DNA from: an uncultured virus (IMG/VR IMGVR_UViG_3300025387_000001)
Lineage: Duplodnaviria > Heunggongvirae > Uroviricota > Caudoviricetes
Direction: 5' to 3' (one strand)
Length of the DNA: 64,000 bases
Virus record (IMG/VR): IMGVR_UViG_3300025387_000001
The notes beneath the pieces are model-generated. The model saw nothing but the letters and a program-made list of their open reading frames with translations. It did not search any database and was not told where the DNA came from. Numbering within the stretch: the first letter of the stretch is position 1; each line of letters starts with the position of its first letter. Made by a program: the position numbers and the translations under genes. Shown piece after piece: positions 9,727 through 20,487 of this stretch.

Positions 9727-10395
9727 ATGCTTTATAACTTCTATTGTATAACTAATATCAAAAATAATAAAAAGTATATAGGAATGTCCAAGAGAGATGT
9801 AAAAATAAGATTTGAGGAACATATCAAATATGCTTTATCAGAACATGATATACGAAACGACTACTTTATGCCACTGATGAATGCCATTCGTAAATATGGA
9901 AAAGATAGTTTTGTGTTGTCTTTGATAGAACAAAAAGAATATGATAAATTCAATGATGCGGAAATAAATGAAGGAAATTTAATAAAAATCAATCGTTCAT
10001 TCCTATCAGAAAATGGATATAATATAAACTATAGAGAAAAAGACGGCCAACGATATTATGTTGAAGAAATAAGAGAAAAGATAATTAGAAATAACACAGG
10101 AGAAAACAATCCTTTCTATAATAGAACACACACAAAAGAAGTTAGGAAAATATTATCAGATAAGGCAAAAGAAAGACTTGCTACACCCGAAAATAATCCA
10201 AGATATGGATATAGATATACAGAAGAGGATAAAATTAAGTCTAGAAAATCTAAAGAAAAATATGGAAGACCTTTTTATGCTGAAGGAACTTTATATAAAA
10301 CATTATATGAAGCTTCCATAAAATACGACTTGACAAAACAAGCGATAAAGTATAGAATAGAATCATCTAATTATAAGGACTGGTATTATAAATGA
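9727..10395 (+). CDS. GIY-YIG (Seg-like) homing endonuclease with NUMOD3-like repeats
   Basis: FYCITNIKNNKKYIG, RFEEH, GYN, GENNPFYNRTHT; AT-rich. Confidence 0.88.
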   Translation: MLYNFYCITNIKNNKKYIGMSKRDVKIRFEEHIKYALSEHDIRNDYFMPLMNAIRKYGKDSFVLSLIEQKEYDKFNDAEINEGNLIKINRSFLSENGYNINYREKDGQRYYVEEIREKIIRNNTGENNPFYNRTHTKEVRKILSDKAKERLATPENNPRYGYRYTEEDKIKSRKSKEKYGRPFYAEGTLYKTLYEASIKYDLTKQAIKYRIESSNYKDWYYK

Positions 10396-10573
10396 CCAAG
10401 AAACAAGACAAACACCACAAACATTCCCCTGCCCGTTTGTATGAGTTCACACCTGATACTACAATAGATACCAATAACATTATAGAGTTGGCCAACATTG
10501 TAAGAGTTGGTATTGGCGGTCATCTATTAGAGAAGTTATCACCAGAGTTACAGAAATACTTCAAGGAAGTGGC

Positions 10574-11356
10574 ATGATACCTAATATAATACATTCTACA
10601 GGACCTACAGATAAATCTAAATGGCATCCTGTATGGAATCATTGTATGAAGTCTTGGAAAAATAAATTTACAGAAGATAAATTTACTCATATATTATGGA
10701 ATGATGAACAGTTGGATCAACAAGTGAGACAATATTATTCAAAATATTGGGAATTTTATCAATCATTACCATTTCATATTATGCGCATAGACTTTGCCGA
10801 ATATTGTTTAATGCACAAGTATGGTGGTATATATCACGACCTTGATATGTATTGTTATAAAAACTTTTATAATGATATAAAGAATCAAGATTTTGTTGTA
10901 TTAGAATCTTGTATGCCTGATGAGTTTATACAAAACTGTATGATGGCATCGTCACCTGGTGATCTTTATTGGATCGATCTGATGGATGAAATTGTAAGAA
11001 CTTTTTATAATTATCCAGATGTACCTGATGTAGAAAAAGGAAAAACCTTAGACCAAAGTTTCTATGTCAAAGACACAACTTCATGCTATATGATGTCTAG
11101 ATTTACATTAAGGTATCATAGACCGGTTGCCATTTTGTCAAAAGATCAGTATAATCCATCTTGTAATACATATTGTGATACACATAAAACAAAACATATG
11201 CTTACTAATATTTGGGGTAAAGATTATATTGAAGGTAACATAAAGAATATGGGAACTTGGGAATCAGGTAGATTCAAAGATTTGCAAGATTGGTATATTC
11301 ACTTTTACAAACAACGTAATAACTTAGATAAAGATGCATTAGGCGAGAATGCCTAA
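10574..11356 (+). CDS. glycosyltransferase, GT32/OCH1-like (DxD)
   Basis: MIPNIIH start and YGGIYHDLD motif. Confidence 0.85.
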   Translation: MIPNIIHSTGPTDKSKWHPVWNHCMKSWKNKFTEDKFTHILWNDEQLDQQVRQYYSKYWEFYQSLPFHIMRIDFAEYCLMHKYGGIYHDLDMYCYKNFYNDIKNQDFVVLESCMPDEFIQNCMMASSPGDLYWIDLMDEIVRTFYNYPDVPDVEKGKTLDQSFYVKDTTSCYMMSRFTLRYHRPVAILSKDQYNPSCNTYCDTHKTKHMLTNIWGKDYIEGNIKNMGTWESGRFKDLQDWYIHFYKQRNNLDKDALGENA

Positions 11357-11376
11357 TCTATTATAAGGAGAAACTT

Positions 11377-12429
11377 ATGTCTGATATTTTTCAAAAGTTG
11401 TTGGAAGAAACCAACAACGAATATGCCTCTATTGCCGAAAACGGTATTGAGGCAGGAGATGTTTCAGGATTTATAGGCACTGGTTCATATGCAATGAATG
11501 CCTTATTATCAGGTTCTATCTTCGGTGGGCTTCCACAAAACAAAGTAACAGCATTTGCCGGTGAACCATCTGTTGGTAAAACTTTTTATGCACTCAACGT
11601 ATGTTACCAGTTCTTAGAAGATCATTCAAATGGATTTGTATTCTACTTTGAATCCGAATCCGCAGTCTCTAAAGATTTTCTTGCAGGCCGCGGAATTGAC
11701 ACTAAGCGTATGGCAATTGTACCAGTTGCTACGGTCCAGGAGTTCAGGACGCAAGCGGTCAAAATTCTAGATCGGTATCTAGAACAAAAAGGTGAGCGAC
11801 CACCAATGTTATTCGTCCTTGATAGCCTTGGTAATCTTTCTACAGATAAAGAAATGACTGACATTGCTGATGGTAAGGACACCCGTGATATGACCCGTGC
11901 CCAACTGGTGCGTGGTGCTTTCCGTGTCCTTACTCTCAAGTTAGGTAAGGCCAAGGTGCCTTTGATTGTTACTAACCACGTTTATGATGTGGTCGGTTCC
12001 TATGTACCTGTGAAGAAGATGGGTGGTGGTTCTGGCCTTGAATATGCGGCATCAACTATCATCTTTCTATCTAAGAAGAAGGATAAAGCATTGGACGACG
12101 ATGGTGGTCGTACCGGTGCTGTTATCACCGCACACCTCAAGAAGTCTCGTATGACCGTGGAAGACAAGAGAGTAGAAACCTGGTTGAACTATTCCTCAGG
12201 TTTAGATCCTTACTATGGTCTCCTTGACCTTGCCGATAAGTTTGGCCTTGTTAAAAAGGTATCAAACAAGTATGAGTTCCCAGACGGAACAAAGGCATTT
12301 GAAAGTCAGGTAAAGAAGAACCCAGAAAAGTATTTTACCACAGACCTTCTACAAAAGATTGATGAGGCCTGTCAAGGTGAGTTTATGTATGGTAAAACAA
12401 ATGCTACTGATGAGGTCAGAGATGACTGA
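11377..12429 (+). CDS. uvsX: RecA-like recombinase UvsX
   Basis: Walker A GEPSVGKT, LDSLG, DMTRA, GGGSG. Confidence 0.96.
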   Translation: MSDIFQKLLEETNNEYASIAENGIEAGDVSGFIGTGSYAMNALLSGSIFGGLPQNKVTAFAGEPSVGKTFYALNVCYQFLEDHSNGFVFYFESESAVSKDFLAGRGIDTKRMAIVPVATVQEFRTQAVKILDRYLEQKGERPPMLFVLDSLGNLSTDKEMTDIADGKDTRDMTRAQLVRGAFRVLTLKLGKAKVPLIVTNHVYDVVGSYVPVKKMGGGSGLEYAASTIIFLSKKKDKALDDDGGRTGAVITAHLKKSRMTVEDKRVETWLNYSSGLDPYYGLLDLADKFGLVKKVSNKYEFPDGTKAFESQVKKNPEKYFTTDLLQKIDEACQGEFMYGKTNATDEVRDD

Positions 12430-13090
12430 ATATAGAAAAATATTTGAAGAATATGGATGTTTATATCTCGGCCAATTGTTAAGTGAAAATGAATGTAAAG
12501 AAGCATTACTAAAACTTTTTATCGCAAAAGAAAATGGTGAAAGTATTCATGATGGTATGAATTTTAGTTGTTCTTTTCCGGATAGGCAACTTGATTATCT
12601 ATTATCAAAAGTGCAACCTGTTATTGAAAAATTAATAGATGTTAAACTTTTCCCAACATATACATATAGCAGAATTTATCATAGAAGTGATATAATGCAA
12701 CTACATGTTGATAGAAATGCGTGTGAAATTTCAGTGACTATGACATTAGGATATGGAGGAGATTCAATATGGCCACTCATTATTTTACCCAAAAAAGAAA
12801 CTAAAAAATTAACAAATTATACTAATGATGGGTCATTATATGAAGGTGAAAAAATAGAAATCACATCTTATGTAAGAGAAAGATTGGAAAAAATTACTAT
12901 AGGAATTGGAGATGGTATTTTATATAAAGGTATGGAATTAGGACACGGTAGAGATAAATTTGTTGAAGGCGATTGGCAAGCACAAGTTTTTTTACATTTT
13001 GTAGATGCTAATGGTTTATACAAAGAACACAAATATGATCAAATTAAAAGAGGAACAATAAATGGAAGCGGGTATGGAAGCGGGTATTGA
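12422..13090 (+). CDS. 2OG-Fe(II) oxygenase
   Basis: PTYTYSRIY, HVDR...CEISVT, HGR, QVFLHFVD motifs. Confidence 0.85.
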   Translation: MTEYRKIFEEYGCLYLGQLLSENECKEALLKLFIAKENGESIHDGMNFSCSFPDRQLDYLLSKVQPVIEKLIDVKLFPTYTYSRIYHRSDIMQLHVDRNACEISVTMTLGYGGDSIWPLIILPKKETKKLTNYTNDGSLYEGEKIEITSYVRERLEKITIGIGDGILYKGMELGHGRDKFVEGDWQAQVFLHFVDANGLYKEHKYDQIKRGTINGSGYGSGY

Positions 13091-13394
13091 TTATAAATTT
13101 AGAGATGATTTGTTCAACCCAAAAGAAGATGGTTCAACAGTTCCTATTGAATTAATGGTTGACCCGTTCGCGGGAGTGTGCTATCGTTATACCTATGTCA
13201 AGTTTAGAATGGACGAGGATAATGTTCCTCGGATTGGTTATGACTATGAAATCCTCAAGACCAATGACTTGTCTATGATGACACTAAGAAAGAATGAAAA
13301 GTTTAACACGGCATTAGGGCTTATTTTAAACTCCTTATTGCTAGATGCGTCAGAAGTGGAAGGTGCTAGTGAGATGAAAGAAGAGGAATCCTAA
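13062..13394 (+). CDS. gp40-like protein
   Basis: Sits in the uvsX-40-41 slot; size matches; based mainly on synteny. Confidence 0.5.
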   Translation: MEAGMEAGIDYKFRDDLFNPKEDGSTVPIELMVDPFAGVCYRYTYVKFRMDEDNVPRIGYDYEILKTNDLSMMTLRKNEKFNTALGLILNSLLLDASEVEGASEMKEEES

Positions 13395-13468
13395 ATAGAT
13401 TGTAGGCCACGGTGCTACCAACACCTGCCTACTCTAATACTGTTTGGGAGTATCAGCATGTCTATTTA
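13392..13468 (-). ncRNA. endonuclease-associated two-hairpin element, copy 1
   Basis: GTAGGC-CAC-GGTG..CACC-T-GCCTAC-TCTAATACT..AGTATCAGC-ATG; TAAATA upstream and TATTTA at 13463. Confidence 0.75.
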
Positions 13469-14012
13469 TCCTACCGGTTATTATGTTTATGCGTATCTAA
13501 GAAAATCCGATAATACACCATATTATATTGGTAAAGGAAAACTACACCGTGCTTGGCGTAGAACATATCATAATGTTTCGGTTCCAAAAGATAGAACTAA
13601 AATAGTGATTATGGAATCAAATCTCACAGAGATTGGTGCCTTAGCATTAGAGAGGTTCTATATTCGTTGGTATGGAAGACAAGATTTAGGAACTGGTATT
13701 CTAAAAAATCTAACAGACGGTGGTGAAGGAACCTCAGGATATAAACCATCTGAAGAAACATTAAAGAAAAGAGGCGAAGCAATATCCAAGGGTAAAAAAG
13801 GTAAACCTGCGTGGAATAAAGGTATGATTATGTCTTATAAGGGTAAAAAGACCGGCCCAAACCCTAAACTAAGTTTATTGAAAAAAGGTGTTGCCTTAGG
13901 CCCTCAAAAGGTTGTAAAATGTCCTCATTGTGGCCTTAGTGGAGGAATCGCTAATATGAAAAGATTCCATTTTGATAACTGTAAATCTAAGGTGAAAGAT
14001 GAAAAGTATTGA
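13458..14012 (+). CDS. GIY-YIG homing endonuclease, family B copy 1 (C-terminal Zn ribbon)
   Basis: [38 protein letters not shown]. Confidence 0.9.
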   Translation: MSIYPTGYYVYAYLRKSDNTPYYIGKGKLHRAWRRTYHNVSVPKDRTKIVIMESNLTEIGALALERFYIRWYGRQDLGTGILKNLTDGGEGTSGYKPSEETLKKRGEAISKGKKGKPAWNKGMIMSYKGKKTGPNPKLSLLKKGVALGPQKVVKCPHCGLSGGIANMKRFHFDNCKSKVKDEKY

Positions 14013-15378
14013 AAAGATTATTATAAAAAACCTGATTACCGATTCTAACTTCCTTAGAAAAGTTTTACCTTTCATAAAGTCTGAATACTTCAAGTCAAAT
14101 GAAGACAGATTACTTTTTGATGAGGTTAAAAACTTTGTGGATAAGTATAATCATTCACCAACATATGAATCCCTATCTATTGAGATTGATAATGTTAGAG
14201 GTTCAACTGATGATACTATTAAACATATTCAGAATACAATAAACGAGTTTAAGGAAGACAAATCAGAAACTAACTTTCAGTGGCTGGTGGATTCCACAGA
14301 AGACTTCTGCCAAACGGCCGCTATATACAATGCCATAACATCATCACTAGAAATAATGAACGGCAAACATAAACTAGAGAAGGGTGCTATACCCGGTCTT
14401 TTATCCGATGCTCTATCCATTTCTTTTGACCCGAATGTTGGCCACGATTATTTGGAACAGTTTGAGGATCGCTATGAGTATTATCACCGTGTTCAAGAAA
14501 AGTTGGCATTTGACCTCGACTTCTTTAACAAGATCACTAAAAACGGGGTACCTAGAAAAACTCTTAATGTGGTTATGGCCGGTGTGGGCGTTGGCAAGTC
14601 TTTGTTCCTTTGCCATCTTACTAGCAGCTACCTTAATCAAGGAAAAAATGTTCTCTATATTACCTTGGAGTTAGCAGAAGAGGAAGTATCAAAGAGAATA
14701 GATGCCAATCTTCTGAACATCACCTTTGATGACCTGATGGTTCTACCAAGAGATATCTACAAATCACGACTTGATAAACTGAAAGCAAAGACAAACGGCA
14801 AGCTTATTGTAAAAGAGTATCCAACTTCCTCGGCATCTGCCACACATTTCAGGTCTTTGCTAAATGAACTACACCTGAAAAAGAACTTTGTTCCAGATGC
14901 CATTATGATTGACTATCTTAACATCTGTTCAAGTTCCCGTATCAAACCAGGTGTGGCAAATAGTTATACATATATCAAGGCCATTGCCGAAGAACTAAGA
15001 GGTCTGGCAGTTGAGTTTAATGTTCCTGTTTGGTCTGCTACACAGCTTACCAGAGGTGGTTATAACAGTTCTGATCCAGATATGACCGATACTTCCGAGT
15101 CCTTTGGTTTGCCTGCTACTGCCGATTTGTTCTTGGCACTCATTACAAACGAAACTATGGAACAGTTGAAACAGGTTCAGGTAAAACAGTTGAAGAACCG
15201 TTATAATGATCCATCACAGAATAAAAGATTTGTGATTGGTATTGACAAAAGCAAGATGAAGTTGTATGATGTAGAACAATCGGCCCAAGACATTGTGGAC
15301 TCAGGACAGGAAGAAGTGAAACCTATTCCTAGACAGTTTGATGGTGGTAAGAACAAGTTCAAAGGATTGAAAGTATGA
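13999..15378 (+). CDS. 41: replicative DNA helicase (gp41)
   Basis: [39 protein letters not shown]. Confidence 0.97.
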   Translation: MKSIEKIIIKNLITDSNFLRKVLPFIKSEYFKSNEDRLLFDEVKNFVDKYNHSPTYESLSIEIDNVRGSTDDTIKHIQNTINEFKEDKSETNFQWLVDSTEDFCQTAAIYNAITSSLEIMNGKHKLEKGAIPGLLSDALSISFDPNVGHDYLEQFEDRYEYYHRVQEKLAFDLDFFNKITKNGVPRKTLNVVMAGVGVGKSLFLCHLTSSYLNQGKNVLYITLELAEEEVSKRIDANLLNITFDDLMVLPRDIYKSRLDKLKAKTNGKLIVKEYPTSSASATHFRSLLNELHLKKNFVPDAIMIDYLNICSSSRIKPGVANSYTYIKAIAEELRGLAVEFNVPVWSATQLTRGGYNSSDPDMTDTSESFGLPATADLFLALITNETMEQLKQVQVKQLKNRYNDPSQNKRFVIGIDKSKMKLYDVEQSAQDIVDSGQEEVKPIPRQFDGGKNKFKGLKV

Positions 15379-16111
15379 AGCAACTATACAAATACTATCC
15401 AGATTTTGATGAAGATGATAACCTATTGTGGTATGTCCATGAGATATCAACTGATCAAATTGTTGCCGAGTTTTTCTTTGAGGATGATGCCGAGGCCTTG
15501 TGTATATTCTTGGAACGTGGAGGCGCCTTTGCTGGACATACTCCATCTTTTATGATGGTCAAAGTTCCCACCAATATCAATGATGCTTTTGCAGCGGAGT
15601 TTTCATAATGAATGATTCTGCCACACTAAAATATGCAATAGAAACTTTTAATTCTTTTAGAAATTGCGGTCAGTTTAATAATGATGAATTACTAATCATC
15701 GAATGGTTCCTTCAAGAACTTTTTGATACTGATGTTGAAAATGGTGAAAGTATGTCAGATTATTTAAATACATCAAACTATGTTAGTAAAGAACAAAAGA
15801 AAAGAGCAAATTAATGGATAAAAACCAACTAAAACGACAAGCATATTTCCGAATGGCGATATTCTTTGCAATTACTATTGTCATTGGATTTATCGCTAGC
15901 GATATCAATATGTTATCAAGCCAATAGGAGAAAAAATATGTTTGAGATTTCTGATGAAACAAAAGCAAATGCTATTGCTGCAATTAAAGAAGTTCTAAGA
16001 GCGGATGGTGTCCATGATATTCATCTGACTGATGATGTTCTTGGAAGAGCATTTGATGCCGCCGTGGCCGCAGTCAAAGCACAATTTGGTATGTAATAAA
16101 AGGAAAATAAT

Positions 16112-16579
16112 ATGAGAAAATATCTAATGATCGCCGCATTTCTATTCACCACTCCTGCTATGGCAGATCCAGTAGGAGATTTTTTTGGTGGTATCTTCGG
16201 CGAACAACCACAATCACAAGTGAAGAGAGGTAAACGTGCGAGAGCAGTTCAAAGCAACGATGATTTTAATATCAGTAATGCTTCTTATGGTGACCATCAT
16301 TCTGGTAGCAAAATGGTTGCTTCTTACTACGGGCATGGTGAAAGACTTTCCAGACATACGGCCTCGGGAGCAGTTTTCAATCCTCACGGACACACCGCTG
16401 CCCACAAAACACTTCCATTTGGCACGGTTCTCCGTGTCTGCCATAGAGGTTGCGTAAATGTTACCGTCAATGACAGAGGTCCATTCGTTCGAGGTCGTCA
16501 TCTTGATTTGTCTTACGGTGCTGCTAGGGCTATCCATATGGGATCGACATCGACGGTAACGGTAGAGAGATTGAACTAA
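16112..16579 (+). CDS. rlpA: RlpA-like (DPBB) lytic transglycosylase, secreted
   Basis: ASYYG, TAAHKTLPFGT, VNDRGPF, DLSYGAA; signal peptide. Confidence 0.92.
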   Translation: MRKYLMIAAFLFTTPAMADPVGDFFGGIFGEQPQSQVKRGKRARAVQSNDDFNISNASYGDHHSGSKMVASYYGHGERLSRHTASGAVFNPHGHTAAHKTLPFGTVLRVCHRGCVNVTVNDRGPFVRGRHLDLSYGAARAIHMGSTSTVTVERLN

Positions 16580-17385
16580 TGGCATTTGATAATTCATACC
16601 TACAAAGAAATAATGGATACCTTGCTAGAAAAGAGATTAATAATATAAAAGAGCAACTTTTAAATGTAGATCACAAACGATTGGAGATTTATGGTTGGAA
16701 AGTTTATAGTCAAGGAGATGAGGATGGTATTATTGATACCATCTTTCATCGTTTAGGTATTGAAAAAGGAACTTTTGTAGAAATAGGTGTGGAAAATGGT
16801 TTAGAATGTAATACTCTTTTACTATTACACCAAGGTTGGAAAGGTTTCTGGTTTGAGGCCAATGAAGATTATGCAAAACAAATACAATCAAAATTTTCAT
16901 CTATAAAAGAATTAGGCCTTGGTATAGGTAAGATTACAAAAGAAAATATCAATGAGATTTTTAAAAATGCTGGAATTAAAGATTTAGATTTTTTATCCAT
17001 TGATATTGATGGTATGGATATTTATCTTTTAGAATCCTTAGAAATTAAACCAAAAGTTATTTGTATTGAATATAATGCCAAATGGCCAGCACATATTTCA
17101 AGAAAACCTGTTTATGATCCTAATTATATATGGTCTGGAACCGATTATATGGGATCAAGTCTCAAGGCAATTACAGAAGTTGCTGATCAAAAAGGATATG
17201 AGTTAGTTGGTACTAGCATAACTGGTGCTAACGCATTTTATGTGATAAAAAATTTAATTAATGATAAGTTCTCAAAAAATAAAGAAATTACTGATCTATA
17301 TAATCCACCAAGATATTGGTTGATATACGATCATTTTTGGCATATAGGACATCCTGCTGATTTTGGACCATATACAGATGCTTGA
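16579..17385 (+). CDS. FkbM-like SAM-dependent methyltransferase
   Basis: YSQGDEDGII, FVEIG, LSIDIDG, ICIEYN. Confidence 0.8.
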   Translation: MAFDNSYLQRNNGYLARKEINNIKEQLLNVDHKRLEIYGWKVYSQGDEDGIIDTIFHRLGIEKGTFVEIGVENGLECNTLLLLHQGWKGFWFEANEDYAKQIQSKFSSIKELGLGIGKITKENINEIFKNAGIKDLDFLSIDIDGMDIYLLESLEIKPKVICIEYNAKWPAHISRKPVYDPNYIWSGTDYMGSSLKAITEVADQKGYELVGTSITGANAFYVIKNLINDKFSKNKEITDLYNPPRYWLIYDHFWHIGHPADFGPYTDA

Positions 17386-18040
17386 ACTACTAAAAGACAG
17401 AATAGCAAAATTAGAACCTTTTTATGAGAGAAATGCTATTAAAGGTATTTTCTCATGGAAAGATTTAGAAAATTCATTCAATTTCAGACCTTCAAATACA
17501 CAGAGTAGATTTAAGGTATTTTTTGAAGAAGGTGATGGATATGAATGGCCTAGCCAAGCATGGATATCGGATATTAATGCTTTTCCACCATCCATCATAC
17601 AAAGAATAACCAAAAAATACCTTTGTCATATTATGGACTCTTCAAGGGTAAATGAAACAATTAATACTATATGTGGTGAATTGGAATCAATAACAAATTT
17701 ACCTACAGATGCTCATATATACTTTGATTTGACCGACCAACAAAATGTAGGATTCGGAATACATTTTGATTTGGCGCACAATTTAATAGTTCAGGTTGAA
17801 GGTAAATCGAATGTAAGAATGTGGGATGTGAAATGTTATGATGATGAAAAGAAAAATGTAAAAGACTTAGAAGAAGAACCACTATTTGAAATAGTAATGA
17901 AACCAGGTGATATTTGCTATGCTCCTGCTCATTATTACCATGAAGTCAAGTCCTTAACTAAAAGATTATCGGTTAGTTTTCCTAGTCATACATTGATGAC
18001 AGAACCTTTCCAAGAAAGAGAGTGGATAAAAATTACTTGA
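17378..18040 (+). CDS. JmjC/cupin-like oxygenase
   Basis: GFGIHFD, IVQVEGK, MKPGDICYAP..YYH. Confidence 0.85.
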   Translation: MLELLKDRIAKLEPFYERNAIKGIFSWKDLENSFNFRPSNTQSRFKVFFEEGDGYEWPSQAWISDINAFPPSIIQRITKKYLCHIMDSSRVNETINTICGELESITNLPTDAHIYFDLTDQQNVGFGIHFDLAHNLIVQVEGKSNVRMWDVKCYDDEKKNVKDLEEEPLFEIVMKPGDICYAPAHYYHEVKSLTKRLSVSFPSHTLMTEPFQEREWIKIT

Positions 18041-18087
18041 CAAACCTTCCTGGTGCCTATATACTAGTGTATGTTGCATTGCAGCAT
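18037..18087 (+). promoter_or_regulatory. sigma70 promoter with PhaR-like palindrome at +1
   Basis: TTGACA-17-TATACT then ATGTTGCATTGCAGCAT (18071-18087). Confidence 0.6.
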
Positions 18088-18125
18088 TGTTTCGCTAACT
18101 TTAGGAAACTAGGAAAGGAAAAGAA

Positions 18126-18368
18126 ATGAATAAGGTTATTTCTCTTATCGCACTATTCTATTTCGCCAACCAGGCCGTCGCTGCCGATGCTGGCGAATAT
18201 AACAAAGACACATACCAAAACTACGGATATGCCGCTGGTGCTTCCGTATTCGGTGGTTCAGAACTAAAGGGTGGTCTTCGCGGTGCACATGTAGCATCAA
18301 ACCATCACACCTCAAACTTCTATTATCCTGGATACGCGGTAGTGCCTAATAAAGAGGATACTAAATAA
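18126..18368 (+). CDS. small secreted protein
   Basis: Signal peptide ending AVAA; GGAAAGGA SD. Confidence 0.7.
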   Translation: MNKVISLIALFYFANQAVAADAGEYNKDTYQNYGYAAGASVFGGSELKGGLRGAHVASNHHTSNFYYPGYAVVPNKEDTK

Positions 18369-18395
18369 GATATAATCTAAATCTCTAGGGTTAAA

Positions 18396-19298
18396 ATGTG
18401 TATCATCGCCGCAAAATATTTTAAAGATACAGGTTGGGTTTTAGCCAAGAATAGAGATCAAGATTATGTCTCCCACGTATCATTCAAAGACGAGCAAAAA
18501 ACTAAGGTCGGAGAAATTCTAGTTATGTTTGATCATGACATCTCATACCAAGAAGGTATGAACCACGATGGTTTGGTTATAATGACAACTAGTTTAACTC
18601 CGGTCCTTACTCAAGAGACAAATAAAAAAGACGGTGATGATATCTACAAAGCACTCCATATGGAACAAATGGATGCCGTCAAATACCTAATTGACCAGAA
18701 AATGACTGGTTTCATCTTTGTAGCAACTCCAAAAAAATTAGTATTGATTGAGGCTACCAGAGAAGATGATGGCACCGGTGAATACAAGTCCGTTGTTCGT
18801 GTAATCCCCACCACAGAAATCGTTGTTAGAACCAATCATGGTGTCCGATTACCATGGGCAGGATTTCAGTATGGTATTGATGAGAAGCAGGACGTATGGA
18901 GAAAGTCCAGCGAGATTAGGAAGAGACTAACAGAAAAGGTTATGGTAAAAGCCAATTCACCGGAAGAAATGTTAGATGCTCTTGCCGAGTGGCAGATAGA
19001 TGACTTGCAAATGAACCCGTTCCGTGTTGAAAACAAACCAAGGCAAATGAGAACCATTTTCCAGTGGGCATTAGTTCCATCTGAAGACATAGCAATCATA
19101 CGCCCTATACAAACTAAAATGCATCTAAAGGTTTCCCATCAAAAACTCCATATAAAGATGCTAGATAATGAACCAATTGAAAAAATATATAATGGAAGGA
19201 TTAAACATTTTTCCTGTATCAAAGTAGTTGATAACGGAAAAGAATGTAAAACGATAATCCGAGAAGATAGAAAATCATTCAAGGATTTCATAAACTAG
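18396..19298 (+). CDS. N-terminal nucleophile (Ntn) hydrolase-like protein
   Basis: M-C start, KNRD, EGMN..G and RTNHG motifs; late promoter at 18362. Confidence 0.7.
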   Translation: MCIIAAKYFKDTGWVLAKNRDQDYVSHVSFKDEQKTKVGEILVMFDHDISYQEGMNHDGLVIMTTSLTPVLTQETNKKDGDDIYKALHMEQMDAVKYLIDQKMTGFIFVATPKKLVLIEATREDDGTGEYKSVVRVIPTTEIVVRTNHGVRLPWAGFQYGIDEKQDVWRKSSEIRKRLTEKVMVKANSPEEMLDALAEWQIDDLQMNPFRVENKPRQMRTIFQWALVPSEDIAIIRPIQTKMHLKVSHQKLHIKMLDNEPIEKIYNGRIKHFSCIKVVDNGKECKTIIREDRKSFKDFIN

Positions 19299-19355
19299 TT
19301 GACAAGATTTGTTCCTTAGTGTAGGATATAGTATAACTCATGAAAGGTTATGGAA

Positions 19356-19694
19356 ATGAAAAAGCAAATTATCGCAATTGTTGCTGCTATCGGAATTAGT
19401 TTTGCTGCTGCTTCTCCCGCTAAGGCCTGGGGTTATGGTTACGGCGGTTGGGGTGGATGGGGATATGGCGGATGGGGTTACGGCGGCGGTTATGGTGCTG
19501 CTATGCTCGGCGCTGGCCTTGTAGGTGGTATCATTGGTGGTGCCCTTGCTGCTCCTTATGGTTATGGATACGGTTATGCTGTTCCTGTTGCTCCTGCATA
19601 TGGTTATGCTCCACAGCGTCCAGTCCGTAAGAATGTAATTATTAAGAATAGTCCTGGTGCTACGGTTATTGAGGAAGATGATTTCGGTTGGTAA
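19356..19694 (+). CDS. secreted Gly/Tyr/Trp-rich glycine-zipper protein
   Basis: Signal peptide, GYGGWG repeats, GAGLVGGIIGGALAAP. Confidence 0.75.
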   Translation: MKKQIIAIVAAIGISFAAASPAKAWGYGYGGWGGWGYGGWGYGGGYGAAMLGAGLVGGIIGGALAAPYGYGYGYAVPVAPAYGYAPQRPVRKNVIIKNSPGATVIEEDDFGW

Positions 19695-20420
19695 GAGGTA
19701 AACAATGTGCTATTATACAATCACCACTAATGTAGAAAATAAAGAAGGTCATCTACAGGCAATTATGATTATTGATGCCACAGATGAAGAGATGGCCAAA
19801 CGAGAGTATATCAAGACGTTCAAGTTATATGAATATAACCTTATAGAAGGTATTCGTATACCAGATGGATTTGCTGGGTTGGTAACTGAACCTATCAAAA
19901 AGGTACTATATAAACATGCAACTGGCCGGTCCAATTTACCATTGGTAAGTTATAGTAATTGTGTTCACATGAAATATGATGAGGAATGAAAAAATGAAAA
20001 AGTTAATCACGCTTGCCGCCATACTTGCCTCTTTCTCGGCACAGGCTAAGTCTCAACCTAAAAAGGAAGAACTACCTATCTGTGACAAGAGAGAAAGCGT
20101 TCTGAAGTTAATGGAAGACTCCAAGTTCTTCTCTTTACTCAACATGACTAACAAGGAAGGTGTGGTAGAGACCATTTGGATTTCAGGTACTTCTATTGCT
20201 GTCACCACCAATCCACCTAAAAGTGAGATGACTTGCCTTATTGCTATGATGAGTGATGTTGTTTATAATTCTGATACAGTAACAGGTTTATATAAAGTAT
20301 TTGAGGCACAATTAAATAAAGAAAAAGGTATCTAGGTGCCTAAATAGATATTCCATATTCTTCGGAATGTGGTAGCCACCTGACCACGAAGGTACTGGCC
20401 GGTGGCACTTAACTATTACT

Positions 20421-20487
20421 GTAGGTCGCGGATGGCCGTCCCACCTACTCTAATGCTTTTCTGGAGCACCAGCAATGGATATTTATA
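20421..20487 (-). ncRNA. endonuclease-associated two-hairpin element, copy 2
   Basis: GTAGGT-CGC-GGA..TCC-C-ACCTAC-TCTAATGCT..AGCACCAGC; reverse TATAAATA at 20480-20487. Confidence 0.72.

Noticed and set aside
13402..13457. Repeat element as a hammerhead or HDV-like ribozyme, or a cobalamin riboswitch
   Set aside because: No complete CUGANGA plus GAAA core and no nested double pseudoknot visible; too short for a cobalamin aptamer despite GCCAC/CCTGCC words. Only a cmscan would fully exclude these
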